From: the human T2T-CHM13v2.0 reference genome, Homo sapiens
Reading direction: 5' to 3' (one strand)
DNA length: 64,000 bases
Assembly: GCF_009914755.1 (NCBI RefSeq)
Contig: NC_060925.1
Part shown: positions 13,560 to 27,600 of the stretch, piece by piece
Layout: every line of letters starts with the position of its first letter
How positions within the stretch are numbered: position 1 is the stretch's first letter
Made by a program: the position numbers and the translations under genes
Notes under the pieces: model-generated
Seen by the model: the letters and a program-made list of their open reading frames with translations, nothing else
The model's database searches: none
What the model was told of the DNA's origin: nothing

Positions 13560-15060
13560 ATTTATTAATTTATTCCTTTGACAAATATTCATAAAGTACC
13601 ATAATTTGCTAAAATCTGATTGTTGTAGGTTTTTAGAATATTTTCAAGAGAGATGATCCCTGGCTTCTCGAAGCCAATATTCTAATTGAGGATTTTGGAA
13701 ACAAACAGAAAATATATAATAAGATTTGAGAAAGTCATAGATTCTAAGGGGAGAAATGAGTCACGGTAAGGAAATAAAAAGTCATATGGTGTAGAGGTGG
13801 GAGATTTCTATTTTAGAAAAGGGACTCAGAGAACACTTAGCCTGACATTTGAGGAGAGACTTGGATAAAGTGAGAGTGACATGTTTAGACAGTCTGAGGA
13901 AAGAGGCCTCCTGTCTGAGAAAGCAGCAAGTAAAAGTGTCCTGAAGATGCTCTGAGTTTGGTATTATGAGGAAATAACAGGAAAACAAGTTGTGGCTAGG
14001 TGGCAGTGAGCCAGACATAATATGTCAGATTAGGTCCTAGATGAGGAGGGGTCAGAACAGGTAAGGCCTTATAGATGGTGGTAAAGCATTGGTCTGTGCT
14101 GAGAGAGATGGGGAGCCACAGGGGGGCTTGAGCAGGTGAAGGACATGACCTGGTTTATACTTTGAAAGCATCTCCCTGGTTACTGTGGGGTGTCGGGGGC
14201 AGGTGGGGAAGGCATTGACTATTGTGGGAGAAGAATAGAAGTCAAATTACAATTAGGAAGTTTTTGCCTTAGTCCTAGGACATGAAGGCACTTAGATTAG
14301 GTTTGAGGTGGTGGTGGTGGTAGTAAGAATTGAGCAGATTCAGAATATATTTTAAAGGGAGAACCTATAGGACTTACTTACCAATGTTTTGGATGTGGAG
14401 TATAACGGGAAATAAGTCAGGGAAGACTCCTAGGTTTAAGGTTTAAGCAGTTGGACAGATGATGGTGCCATTTACTGAGATGAGGAAGCTAGACTAGAAT
14501 CAGTTTATCTGAGGAAAATTATCTGAAATCATGTTTTAGATGTGGTAAGCTTGGGATGTCTGTTAGGCTTGCTTATTTGGCAATAAATTATATGTGCCTA
14601 GGACACAGGGGAAAGTTGCAGTTGAGGACAGAAATGAGGAAATCACTAGGGTATTGATGGGATTTAAGTTTGTGGGTCAGGATATAAACGTCAATGAAAT
14701 ATGTGTAAAACCAGGGTTTCTCGATCTCAGCATTACTGACATTTTGAGCCAGATAACACTGTCATGAGGGGCCATCTGAATTGTAGGATGTTCAGCACAT
14801 CCCTCACCTCTACCCAGCAAATTCCAGTAGCACCTTTTCCCCTCCAGTGTGACAATCAAAACATTTCCAGACATTTTGAAATATCTCCTGGTGGAAAAAA
14901 TCACCCCCCTAGTTGAGAATTACTGGTGTAGATAGAGGCAAGAAGAGGACCAGAAGAGGGAATAAAATGTAAGCCCTGGCCCATCCCGCTATGTGGAGGT
15001 TGAGAAAAACATGAGCAGCAAAGGAAAGTCAGAAAGCGCAGCCAATAAAGTGTGGAAAAT
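13560..15060 (-). mobile_element. L2, interrupted by MER20
   Basis: Antisense L2 tail at ~13560 and L2 motifs gatggtgccatttactgagatg and gacatgacctggtttatactttgaaag. Confidence 0.7.
14712..14925 (+). mobile_element. MER20 (hAT-Charlie)
   Basis: cagggtttctcgatctcagcattactgacattttg...gttgagaattactg termini, ~215 bp. Confidence 0.88.
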
Positions 15061-15164
15061 TCCAAAGAAACCTTTCCATGAAAAGATAAAAACAACTGAC
15101 GTTATCCTTTGTAATAAGATAATAGCTTCCCTAATACAGTAAATATTCCTATTGACACAAGTGC

Positions 15165-16005
15165 TAGCAATAATATTTCCACTCAAGTAAGCAGAGTGAG
15201 TCTTATAAAATAAAAGTCGTGTTGCTTCTCTGCTTCAATGTTCCCTATCTTTTTAAAAGTAAGAGCCAAAAATCTTACAATGGTCCAAAAGTTCCTACAT
15301 GATTGGGTCTCCTCCTCCCTCACTCTTCTCTCTGAATTTACCTCCTGCAACAACCACCATGCTCACTTCATTCCACAATGCTGCATTATTCTGCTTTTGT
15401 GCACAGTGTCCCATATTCACGGCCTTGCCATTACTATTTATTCTAGATGAATTGTTCCTTCCAGGTATCTGAAGGGATACCTTCAACTCAAATGTTGCTC
15501 AACTCAGTTTTGCTCAAATGTCTTCTCCACTGACCATATTTTAAAAATAATCAAAACATTATTTTTAAAGCATCATATTATCAAATTAATTTTTGTCATT
15601 TAACTTTTTATCAATAATTATTTATGTCTTCAGTCAACAAACACACTGCCCTTAATTATTCAACAAACACATTCAGTGGTTACTATATGTCAACCATATG
15701 TATAGCTCATTCCACTATCTATAACCAATTTTGAAAATTATTTTCAAAACTGGTACTCGTTTCAGGGAGCAATTCCATAACCCACTGTCTGCTTCATCTT
15801 GATCCTTTGCATTTGTCATCATAGAACAAACTACTTATTGTTTGCTTATTTCTTTTGCTTTTTTTGGTATCCTCATTAAAATTTAAGATTTTTTTGAGAA
15901 ATTGTTGTCTGTGCTATTACTCGCAACTCTATTCTCAGCACTTACAACAGCGCTTCACACATAATAGATACCTAATTTATTGACTCAATGAACAAATGCA
16001 TGAAC
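15165..16005 (+). mobile_element. L2 3' fragment, split by a duplicated insert
   Basis: ctcaaatgtc...ctgacc motif before 15540; 3' tail aatttattgactcaatgaacaaatgcatgaa near 16000. Confidence 0.6.
15542..15747 (+). repeat. Displaced, permuted local duplication of 16793-17268 (without the Alu) and 16542-16585
   Basis: Shared tcaacaaacacactgcccttaatt...aaacacattcagtggttactata, atttttaaagcatc...tattatcaa, and tcattccactatctataaccaat. Confidence 0.85.
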
Positions 16006-16135
16006 TAAGATTTATTGAGTACTTAAGATTTGTCAGATTATATTTTATCTCTTTGTATTGAATGTCAGACAGACAAATGGCTTAGCAATAAAATCAATAC
16101 AATTGCTAACTTCTGTGTGTATATACATATACATA

Positions 16136-16450
16136 CAATCATCCTTCAGTATCCTCACGGAATTGGTTCCAAAACCCCTACAGACACCAAAATCCACAGA
16201 TGCTCATGTCTCTTGTAAAAAATGGCGTAGTGTTTGCGTGTAATCTTTGTGCAATCTCCTGTTTACTTTAGATCATCTCTAGATTACTTACAATACCTAA
16301 TACAATGTAAATGTTATATAAGTAGTTGTTATGCTGTGTTGTTCTTTGGATTTGTTATTTTTATTGTTGTGTTGGGGTTTTACAAAATATTTTTGATTTG
16401 TGGTTGGTTGAATCTGCAGATATGGAACACTCAGGTACAGAGGCTGATTG
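16136..16450 (+). mobile_element. MER2 (Tigger-family DNA transposon)
   Basis: TA-flanked; caatcatccttcagtatcc...accaaaatccacagatgctca...tcatctctagattactta...gaggctgattg. Confidence 0.9.
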
Positions 16451-16875
16451 TATTATTTTGCAGTATGGATGAGTATTATTAATTAATTTGATTACTTTCA
16501 AAGGGTGCTGCTCTTTCTCTAAAATGCAAATTACAGCAAATTATAGGTCATTCCACTATCTATAACCAATGCTTTAATATTTTCAAGTTCCCTATAAAAT
16601 TTAAGCGTGATTCATTAGCAAACTGTCTCCAAAACCAATATGTATGTAAACATGGTAATACAGCCATTTTTATTAGACATAAATATAAATAAAATAATAC
16701 TTTTAAAGCGAAAAATATACATATCAAAATGCAAAATATCTAGGAATACATCTAACAAAAATGTATTAAGTATTTATTCATGGAAAAACAATTAAAAAAA
16801 TGTGCCAGACACTATTTTTAAAGCATCCTAATATTATCAAGTTAATTGTATTTTTGTCACAACTTTTCATCAATC

Positions 16876-17182
16876 TTTTTTTTTTTTTTTTTTTTTTTTT
16901 TGAGACTGAGTCTCGCTCTGTTGCCCAGGCTGGAGTGGAGTGGCGCGATCCCGGCTCACTGCAAGCTCCGCCTCCCAGGTTCATGCCATTCTCCTGCCAA
17001 AGCCTCCTGAGTAGCTGGGATTACAGGCGCCCTTCACCACGCCCAGCTAATTTTTTGTATTTTTAGTAGAGACGGGGTTTCGCTGTGTTAGCCAGGATGG
17101 TCTCGATCTCCTGACCTCGTGATCCGCCCGCCTCGGCCTCCGAAAATGCTGGGATTACAGGCGTGAGCCACCGCTCCCGGCC
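16876..17182 (-). mobile_element. AluY, full length
   Basis: CpG-rich, gcaagctccgcc and gtgttagccaggatggtctcgatctcc; T26 tail; short TSD atcaat. Confidence 0.95.
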
Positions 17183-17199
17183 ATCAATAATTTTAATTT

Positions 17200-17870
17200 A
17201 TTTATTCAATCAACAAACACACTGCCCTTAATTGCTCAAAAAACACATTCAGTGGTTACTATAGGTCAGTTATTGTGCTAGGATCTGGAAACAAAGTAAC
17301 AGCCACACTTGAGGGAAAGAAACAGTAGCCAACATTTTTAACAGAGTAGAATAAGAAAGGTGATGTGAGGGAGGTCTTCCCCGGAACCTGACAAAGCACA
17401 GTGGAACAAACCTACACTAGTCTTAAGGGTCAGGGAAAGCTTTCTTAATGAGCTGATCATTAAACTTTGTTTTAAAGACGGTAAGAATTAAGTTAGAAAA
17501 AGATGAGCATTCCAGTAAGAGAGAACAGTATGTGGGTTAGTGTAAAACAGTATATGGTCCGTTTTGAAATTTTCAAAGAGGTTTCACCATGCATTTACTG
17601 ACATGGCTGGGAATGAAACTCAGGTACTTCACAAAAGAGTTTTCATATTCTTAGAACCATATCAGAGAGCCACTGAGAGATTTTTAAGCTAGAAAATGAT
17701 ATAATCATATGATCGTATTTTAGAATTTTTAGTTTAACATACATTGAAGGTTTTACTACACAGGAAAGCTATAGGGTAGCAATGGACTATGGCATTTTTC
17801 CAATAGAGTAAAGATCATAGCCTGAATAAAAAAGTGGCTGTAGAATGGGCAAATTGGGCTATTAGAGAAA
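17200..17870 (-). mobile_element. L2 fragment
   Basis: Degenerate antisense L2 tail and body. Confidence 0.55.
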
Positions 17871-19079
17871 TTTTATTGTGTTACAAATTTTTCAGTGAAA
17901 CAGCATTATATATATTTTCTTAAGGCCCAAGTCATGATAGAAAACAAATGCCCATTGCTATTTGTTTCTTTATTTTTGTCCACTGTCTTTCTGAAAAATT
18001 CTGCCTTAGGGATAACTTGACTGGATATGGGAACAAAGGGAATGAAGCTTTTAAATATTATTTATGGCTAATATTATAAGATAAAATAAGCATTCTTTTA
18101 ATTTCAGTTTTACTCAAATTTATTAGACATCCAGTAAGAGCATAAGTTTTATATCCCAAATGTTAAATATTCAGAACCTAGAGGCACATAGAGTTCAATA
18201 AAAAAATTCAATAAAAGAATAAAAACAGAATATATTAAAAGATACATTTGGTTTATCAGTATAATGTATCTTGTATTTGGATTTTTGTGGAAAAGTACAT
18301 TAATGATTGAGAAAATTGATAGCTCTATTATCTTTTTAAATAAGATCCCTCTAGTCCTTATTTACTAAAAGATTTTCTGTTGGCTCATCTAAATGTTGCC
18401 CTTTGACGAGCTTTAGACTTCTTCGGTTTAAAGAGTGCAGTCCTCAGATTAATGGGTAGACTGAGAACCAGATGTCTGTTGTCAGGGCTGAAAACCTAAT
18501 TAAAATGGAGGTCATAAAGGTGAAAGGAAGAAAAAGGGTCAGCTAGAGCTAGTTTGAGCAGGGCACAGGCTGGTAGAAATCAGAGATTTTGTGCTATGTT
18601 GGCAGATCTGTTAAGAAGCTAATCCGTAGATACTTTTATCAAATGCTTTGAAACTCCTGAACCATATGGGATTTAGAAAGATAATAATCTCCACAAAAAT
18701 TTCAGGAAGCATTTGCTCTGAATTTTGACCTCAAAAATAGAACACAATTTAAAAAAATCCATTAAGACCCATATATTAGCATAGTCCCCCAAAGTCTCAG
18801 TAACAATTTTAAAATAGTATCTAAGCACCTTTCTGCCTGTATATATTACTATATTAACAATCTATTTATTTATACTTAGCACTATTGCAAAATTTTCCGA
18901 CTGCTTCCTATTTCTCCAGCCCCTCCACCTCTCATTCCATCTTGATTAATCTTTTCTAAAGCAGTGCTCTAATATGTCAATATTTTGAAAAATCTATGAG
19001 ATTTCCCAATTGGCTACTAAATAAAGTCAAAATTGCTTTCTCTCAAAAGTGGAAATTTGTATGGTTTTATTCAATTTTC

Positions 19080-21060
19080 CTTTATTCATGAATTAATTTC
19101 AGGGAATATTTTTCATGCACATACTATGTGCCAGATATTTATGTAAGCACTGCTGATATATATGTAAATAAATAAGGCCCTCAACCTCAGGGAATTAATA
19201 TTTTAGTGGGTGGAGCAAAAAAATGTACAAAACAAAAATATACATATACATATAAAGGGTGAAATTTACTCTGGAGAAAAAGCAGTATAAAAATCGATAG
19301 GGATTAGTACAGTGTTGTATGTTGGGATTCTTTTTTTGTAAATAGTATTTAGAAAAAGCTTCATTGAGAGGTTAAGTTCTCAGCAGAAGATTTGAGGAGG
19401 TGAAGAATAAATCTTGAAACATCTGAGGAAAGGCCATTCCAGGCAAAGGGAACAACAAGTGCAGCGATCCTGAAGCGACAACCTGCTTGGTAAATAAGAA
19501 ACAAGAAAAGGCCATGGTTCTGCAGCAGAGTGAATACAAAGGCACTTGTCAGTGATGTTGTCAGAGAAGTAATGGGCAGGCCAGATCCAACAGGATATTA
19601 CAGGGTATTATTAGGCCTATTGGCCTTGGATGAAATGGTGGGAAATCATTTACAAATTTTGAGAAAAAAGTGACATGATATGACTTACTTTTAAAAGAAC
19701 CACTGAGGTTGGTGTGTTTTGAGTAGACTAGAGACGGAAAATAAAAATATAGGAATTATGGATTTATAGATGATTTTAAAACCAATGAACTTGTGAGTCC
19801 AACAAGAAACTAGGAGTAACCAGAATAGGGATGAAGTCCATGGACTGCCCCTGGCCACTCTAATATTTAGGCTCAGTCAGACAAGGGGGGCCACAATGGG
19901 GCCTTAAAGGGAGTGGCCAGCAAGCAGGAGGAAAACCGAATGAATGTTATCTTAGAGAACAAAAGTGATCGAGGAGGTTCAAAGGATAGTCTAGGTTAAA
20001 TGCTGCTGCTCATAGGTCAAATTAGATGAGGGCTGAGAATAAAGCTAAGTTATTGGTGATCCCGAATATATAATCGGTGGACTTGTGTGGGTGGAAAGAA
20101 AAGGTGTAGGCAACTATTGAGCAGTGTTGTCACCAAAAACTAAACAGTGAAACATAGATAGGGTACAGGGTGAAGGGTGATGTAAGGTAAACATGAGTGT
20201 TTTTTCATGAGGGGAAATTAAACAGATTTGTGGATTGATGGGAAGAAGTTAGTTAAAAAAATAGAAAGATGTGAAAGTTTGAGGAGAGAAAAACTGTGAG
20301 GTAATTAATTATGACGCCAAGAGGTTAAAGAAAGAGGCAAATGTAAGGTAGAAGAAATGTCGAATCAGAATGGTCAAGAATGAGAATGTAAGCTGGCAAG
20401 TTGGGAGATAAAAAGTGGAAAGCATGAAATTGAGTTTCCAGGGGTGGGGAGGGGATCAGTTATTATTACTACATTACAGCATTACAGCATATTATTACAG
20501 CATTACAGCAAATGCTGTAGTATCACAATGAGTGTAATTGGTTGAAATACCATGAGGTCAAAGTATTGGGAGGAAGAATATTGGGAAAATTAACTATATA
20601 ATTATTGCAAATGTATCAGGAATTATGACAGAATAATAGACTAAATCAGGATCCACAATGTAGATGGAATAAGAGAAATGAACCAGATATCTGTAGATGA
20701 CTGCAACAAGGAAGTATAGTGAGTGACATAATCTAATGGCCTGAGCTTCAAACCTAGGGTTTTTAAAGAGAATAGTGGTGGAAACAATGTAAATTAAGTG
20801 CACTTGCAGTACTTCCAGGCCCAATACAACAAGGTATGTAAAAAAGGAAATAGCCACTGATTAAGAGGGCTGCAATGGGAGCCTTATCCTCAGGGAAGAA
20901 TTAGGTCTCATAAAGAAGTGAAAATTCACAGAAACAATTGAAGATCGAGATTTTTCTAAAAATATAAGTTCCAGAGTGCACAATGAAAGGGTTTTGGAAT
21001 CAAATATCTGATAATGGATGAGGGTGACTTGTGAGATTTCTATTTTTGATGAAGACTGAT
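19080..21060 (-). mobile_element. L2, long fragment
   Basis: tactatgtgccag, cattccaggcaaagggaacaacaagtgc, gtgacatgatatgacttacttttaaaag; purine-rich antisense ORF2 body. Confidence 0.7.
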
Positions 21061-22220
21061 ATAATCAGGAATTAATTTAGGATGCCATGCAAACAGTCCT
21101 CAGGTCCTTAAAGCAGATTGCATTGAAGAGGCTGTGTGTATTGATGGCAGAAAGAGGGAAAAGGGAGTAAAGGGAAGATTACACAAAGGCATGATTATGA
21201 GCAGGTGAGAACCATTGAAAGCATCACAAAGGTTGGCTTAAGTGACAACAATCATGATCTATAATTTATTGTAAACCGAGTCTTTCTACTGTAGTGTGCT
21301 TCATTGTAGTGTATAGCATTTGGAATCCTAGATCCTCTTTATCCCTTATGCCAATGGGGAATAGAAGTCAAGAAAAAAAAAAACAATCATAGCAGTTGTA
21401 CTTAAACTTTGAAGTATCTCCTTACTCCTGCAGTTGAAGGCATGCAGGTGGGGGAAGCAGGTAATAATATCAACATAAGTGAAATTCTAGAACTCCCTCC
21501 CCTTTTTAATTACTTTTTCTACCGCTCCCTATTACACACATTATCTTCATCCTTGACTTCTCTGTTTCAGTTCATTTCCTTTTTTATTCTACTCATACTG
21601 TTTTCCCTATCTGTAAAGTTAATATTGTATGATATTATCACACTTCCAAAGATCACTGAGAAATGTGGTTTATTTGAAAGGAAAGGATACAAGCAGGTAG
21701 AATAGAACTGGGGATTCTAGCTATGTTTTTCTTATTTTCCTTATCAGTAATTAATTACAACTTTGCTGAGTATCTCAGAAAAATGTGCCACATATAAGAC
21801 ACAGCCGAGTTTTACCAATTAGCAAGCACATGCACGCTAATGCCTATTGTTTTGTGAGCATTTTTCACCTTGACACAGGTACTTGGTATTTTTAATACAT
21901 AATAGTTTCATCACTGTGCAGCTGCACATCTGCATCATAGTAAAGCTCCTTGTTCTCAGACGAGCAATCAGAATGGGCATCACAATTGTCACAGCATGAA
22001 GTATTTTATTTATATTCCTGTAAGCTCCATGAGGGCATGGATACAAATCTGCTTTATAAATTCTGTATAATTACACCCAATACAGCCCTTATGTATTCAA
22101 ATATGAATATTTTTGAATAAATGAATGTGAATTTTTAAATGTTTTTGAAAGTGTTAAATAATAACTCAAAAACAAAGTAGGTAACTGAAAGATAAACTTG
22201 ATAAAATTCCCAGGTCACAC

Positions 22221-22514
22221 TTTTTTTTTTCTTTTAAGACAGAGTCTTGCTCTGTCTCCAGGCTGGAGTGCAGTGGCGAGATCTCGGCTCACTGCAATCT
22301 CTGAATCCCTGGCTCAAGCGATTCTCCTGCCTCAGCCTCCTGAGTAGCTGGGACTACAGGTGCCTGCCGTCACGCCTGGCTGGTTTTTGTATTTTTAGTA
22401 GAGACCAGGTTTCACCATGTTAGCCGGGATGGTCTCGATCTCCTGACCTTGTGATCTGCCCGCCGCGGCCTCCCAAAGTGTTGGGATTACAGGCGTGAGC
22501 CACCACACCCGGCC
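22221..22514 (-). mobile_element. AluSc-like, full length
   Basis: ctctgtctccaggctgg (1 nt short, Sc-type), ggatggtctcgatctcc, poly-T tail. Confidence 0.92.
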
Positions 22515-22736
22515 AGATCACTGTTTTTAAGAACTCTGAAGTATCAGAAAAAAATCGCAAAAATCTTAAAAGCTGGAGGATAAATTCAGAAAGCAGAACA
22601 TAAGCTAGATAGGAATTTCAATGAGTAAAAATAAAAAAAATGAAGAAAGAAAATAATTAAATACATGAGTATTTAGATTGAAAAGACTAGTCAAATACTG
22701 AATAAAAATAATAATAGCAATATGAAAAACATGCTT

Positions 22737-23035
<299 letters not shown>

Positions 23036-23224
23036 GAAAGATGCTCATTGGAATCAGTGAAATTTCTGAGCTCCAAAGATAAAGTTAAAATTCTAAATGA
23101 GTCCAGGAAGAATAACAACTGTTAAGATACAAGAATCAAAAGAAGATCAGATTTCTAATTACTAAAATATATTTTTAGAAGTATATTAAATTTTTAAAAT
23201 TATAATACTGAAATGTAACACTTT

Positions 23225-23757
23225 AAACTATAAAAAATCTAGAAGATTTTTCTAGGGAAAAAACTTAGCATATTGGCCTAGGCAAATAATTTATGACTAA
23301 GACCTCAAAAGCAAATGTAACAAAAATAGATCAATGGGACTTAACAAAACTAAAGCGCTTCCTCACAGAAAAAGAAATAATCAACAGAGTAAACAATCTA
23401 CAGAATGGCAGAAAATATTTGCAAACTATGCATCTGACAAAGGACTAATATTCAAAATCTACAAGAAACTCAAGCAACCCAACAAGAAAAAAAAAAAGCA
23501 AATAATCTCATTAAAAAGTGGGCAAAAGACATGAACAGACACTTCTCAAAACAAGACCTACAAAGAGCCAAGAAACACATGAAACAAATAATAAATTTGA
23601 TTCATTATATAAATAGAACTGAAAACAAAAACCACATGATTTTCTCAGTAGATGCAGAAAAAGCTTTTCATAAAATTCAACCTCCCTTCATGTTAAAAAC
23701 AAGGAACATGTTTTAGGTATTTTTAAATGTACAATAAATGATTGTTGAATGTAGTCT
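23225..23757 (+). mobile_element. Rearranged L1 (L1PB/L1MA-age) ORF2 fragments
   Basis: [25 protein letters not shown]...MNRHFSKQD followed by the upstream RT segment [31 protein letters not shown]. Confidence 0.85.
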
Positions 23758-23769
23758 GATAATTCTTAG

Positions 23770-24650
23770 TAATGCCATTGAGATAATCAGGCATTATGCA
23801 TATCATGATATGATGCAATAAAAGCACAACACTATATGGTATTCTTTTTTTTTCTAAAAAAAGATATTTTAGAAATACATTTTTTAAAATTAAAAGCTCC
23901 CATTTTGATTAATGTTCACAAAGTGAATACTTCTATGTATTAACATCTGAGTGTTGTGGGGGGGGTCAAAAAAAAAACTCCTATTATCGGCACCACAGAA
24001 TCTTCCATCACAGCCCCCAATTCGCTATTCCTCCTCCTCTAAGTAATCATTTTCTGGTTTCACTACACCCTATAAACTGGACTTTTCATAAATGCTTCCT
24101 CTGAATTTGATTAGTCTTCTACTTCTAAATACTATATGTAGAACTAAAGAGGAGAACTTGCTAACTGACAGCATGAGGAAACAGTCTAACAAATCCAGAA
24201 ATTGGAATACTCTAAATGACAACTTGCTTGGTCTTTGCAGTATTTGAGGTAGGGAAAAGGAGACAATTGTTATAAATTAAAATTGATGTAAGTAAAATTA
24301 CAATAAATTGAATTCATGGTCCTTGATTAGATCCCAGCTAAAACAAACCATCTGTAAAGGACATTTTAGGAAAATTGAGGAAATTTAAGTATGGATTATA
24401 TATAACATTAAAGGACTATTTGTAACTTTTTTGGTTTTGAAAATTATATTGTAGGTAATATTCTTTTTTGAATTGCACACTGAAATATCATGTTATCTGT
24501 AACATATTTTAAATTATTATAGAAAAAAGATGAATAAATAAGACAAATTGTTAATCTGTACAATCTATACTAGATTACAAGTATATGATTATTTATTATA
24601 TGCTTCTCTCTGTTGTTTATATGATCAAAGTTTTTAAAATATAAATTTTA
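23770..24650 (+). mobile_element. Ancient L1MC/ME 3' UTR fragments
   Basis: tccttgattagatcc...aaaggacattttaggaaaattgaggaaatttaagtatgga motif. Confidence 0.5.
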
Positions 24651-27600
24651 AGGATACTAGTACATTACACAGATAAGATATATTTTACAATAAGGAATGT
24701 ATAATTTAAGTAATTATTCCAGATTAATTTATATATTTGAATTTATAAATACTTAATAATAGACATTTTCTTCTTTGACTTTATATTTATATGTTATTTT
24801 ATTGATGTTGTTGTTAACAGTCTAAACATTTCAAGACTTTAATCCAAATGTCTTTATAAAGGATTTTAAAGTTGTTTCAATTTCAATATTACTGGAAGCC
24901 ACTTAATAGGCTTCTTTCTTTAAACTTCTATTTCCTTTTACTCTATAGAAAATCAATATGAAGTTAAGAAGAGACTTTTATCTAAAGTTACAAAAGGTTA
25001 ACTCTTCCTCATTTATAAATATATCTGCCTTATAATGTTGCTAAACAGATGTCTTATTCTTTAATTTCAAAATGGAAGTTTTTGAAAAGAACACTTTATA
25101 CCTGAATCTTTTTTGTCACATACATGATTTTTAATGTTTAAAATGGTATTTGAATATATAAATATCCCCTGTAACAGGCACATCTAACAAAACATGTGAT
25201 TAAATGCCAAATGTAATTATTAACAATAAAACCAAACATTGGTAAAAGTCAGAAGCACTCTCAGCTTAATTTATGCTGTGCTTTCAAAGGCCTAGTGTAG
25301 CCTATTATTGTACTAGATGTTAGAGGCTTACTGTAGTATCGGTATTTCGAGAATGTAAGTCATTTATAGACAAATTGGTTGTTGTTGCAGAGTAAAATCT
25401 TTAAAGTGCAAGCATACTTGAGGCTTTGTTATTACAATGGTCATAGAGTAGCTTCTGTTTTTGTGGGGCTTCTAGTATAAGCTTTCATGTAAACTTGACT
25501 GATATTCTTGAAAGTTCACTAGTTAATATGTCATAATACTGAGCTTTTGTTATGAAAATATTGCAAAGTTTTATATAGATCCGTAGCTCAGTTTGAACTA
25601 GAGAAATAAAATGGTTTAAAACATACAGTTAGGCAACTGGTACTTTAGATCATTTCAACTCAGTTAGAACCGACTCAAGTTCACAAAATAAGCACCATTT
25701 ATTGATTTGTTTGTTTAAAGATACACACAGTTCTCTTGAAATTTCAATGATCTTAATTGTACCCACTGATTTTTATTTGGTTGCCTGTTATGGAGAGGTC
25801 TCATTGAGCTGCGGCTTGTTCTTTTCAGCAAGTAATGAATTTCAATTATCCTCTGCAAGAAAATAGAAATTGGTTTCTTTTGACTTGTGTACCTGTGATC
25901 AGAAAAGAAATTCTGAAACTTACAATCCCACTTACAAAGTTAGATCTTAATTTTCTTTTGATCTTTCAGAATCTATATTCAAGGATTTATTTAAATATGA
26001 GAATAAACTTTATTTACATAATAAATAAATTGATCTAAATTATTGAATGATTAAAATATATGTACTATGGAACATTCATCCCAGGCAATAGCATCAAAAT
26101 GCAGTCTATAGCTTGTGATGGTGTCAGTAGGGCTTTGTCACATATGTATTTCCTAAGTATTAGATGGCACAATATGCCAAAGTGATTTAAATTGTTTATT
26201 AACAATGTACTTTATATATAGAATCAGAATATACGTGCAACTGACTAAATTGTTTGTTTTGTTTGGATTAGATAAATGCAATTTAGAAAAGATCATAGAC
26301 CCTTTTCTTCTATGCATCAAAGCAACAGATGTTTTGGGTGAAATAGTGAATTCCATTCGACATTTTGTTGATACTGTTAGATAGTAAGAAATACTGCTTA
26401 GTACTACAGAGGGTAATGTAATGAGACAATGTACCTACCCACAGGAAACTAATGATCTAATAGAAATATTAGAATAAGTCCAAAAATGGCAAGAAGCCTA
26501 ACTAGAACGTGTTTTTAGCTTAAAAAGGAACAAAAGTATAAACTGCTCTTTCTAAATGAGAATCCATGTATTTGTAAAAAGCTTGTGGTTTTAAATAAGC
26601 CTCTACAGGGCCAAGACTATATTCAAAGTACCCTGGAAAATTAAAAAATATCTCAAAATTGTAAACTAAGTTTTAGCACTTAAGAATGAAATTAATAAAA
26701 ATGAGTTATATAATAAGTTAGTTCTTTATAACCCTGAACCTTTATGACAGTTCAAAAATACTTTTTAGCAAGGCATTAATCCCAATTAATCTTAATTAAT
26801 TGTCTTAACATATCTAAAAAGAAGAGATAGATAGGTTGCGAGGTTTTTAAAAGAAATCCAGGAGCTAGGATTAAAGCTATTTCCAGCCTTGCCTTGCTAA
26901 ATGTCAAGAGATCACAATAATGGCCACTAGAGAGGTACACCTTGCTTTAGGAGTCAAAGGAAGTTAATTATCCTTTTGTCTGTCCTGGGTAAACTATGTC
27001 AATACTGCCTAAACATTTTATTAGTAATTTAGCTTCTTTTTTAAACAGTGATAGGGTAGATATGTACATTTAGTTTAATGGAAATATACAACATCAAGTG
27101 AAATATAATTAGTTGCCATGATAATTTGTACAAACAGTAATTCTCTTTTGAGGTTAGTTATTTCAAACAGATCTCTAAGAGCTTGATAAACTCCAAGATC
27201 ATTGAAAAAAATAAATGGAACTTCTAATCTTGAGGAACAGCCTCTAAATTCCGGTTGTTAAATGATTTTTTTAAAGGCCTGTACCAACAGTGGATTGCCT
27301 TATTTAATAATGTTTATAGAATACTTAGTTTCAGGCACTGTCTTAAGTATGGGTCTTATAATGCCAAGTAAAAGTTAAATTGTCTCTGTCTGATCTTACA
27401 GGTTTAGGAGAGTTGAAAAATAAAGTTTATTGAATTAATGATACTAAATATATTAAGATTTATATATAAAAGCACTAGAAGTTAAAAATATTAAAATAGG
27501 ATATGATCAGTGCTGGAAAATTTCATGCATTGCATTTGAAAGTTAACATTGTTTTCTAAAAGTAAAATAAAAAATAATGTTACATAAACAAAGCATACTG

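Noticed and set aside
25780-25900. Strong minus-strand acceptor-like tracts (tttctattttcttgcag)
   Set aside because: No matching donor or recognisable peptide; such tracts are common in AT-rich DNA
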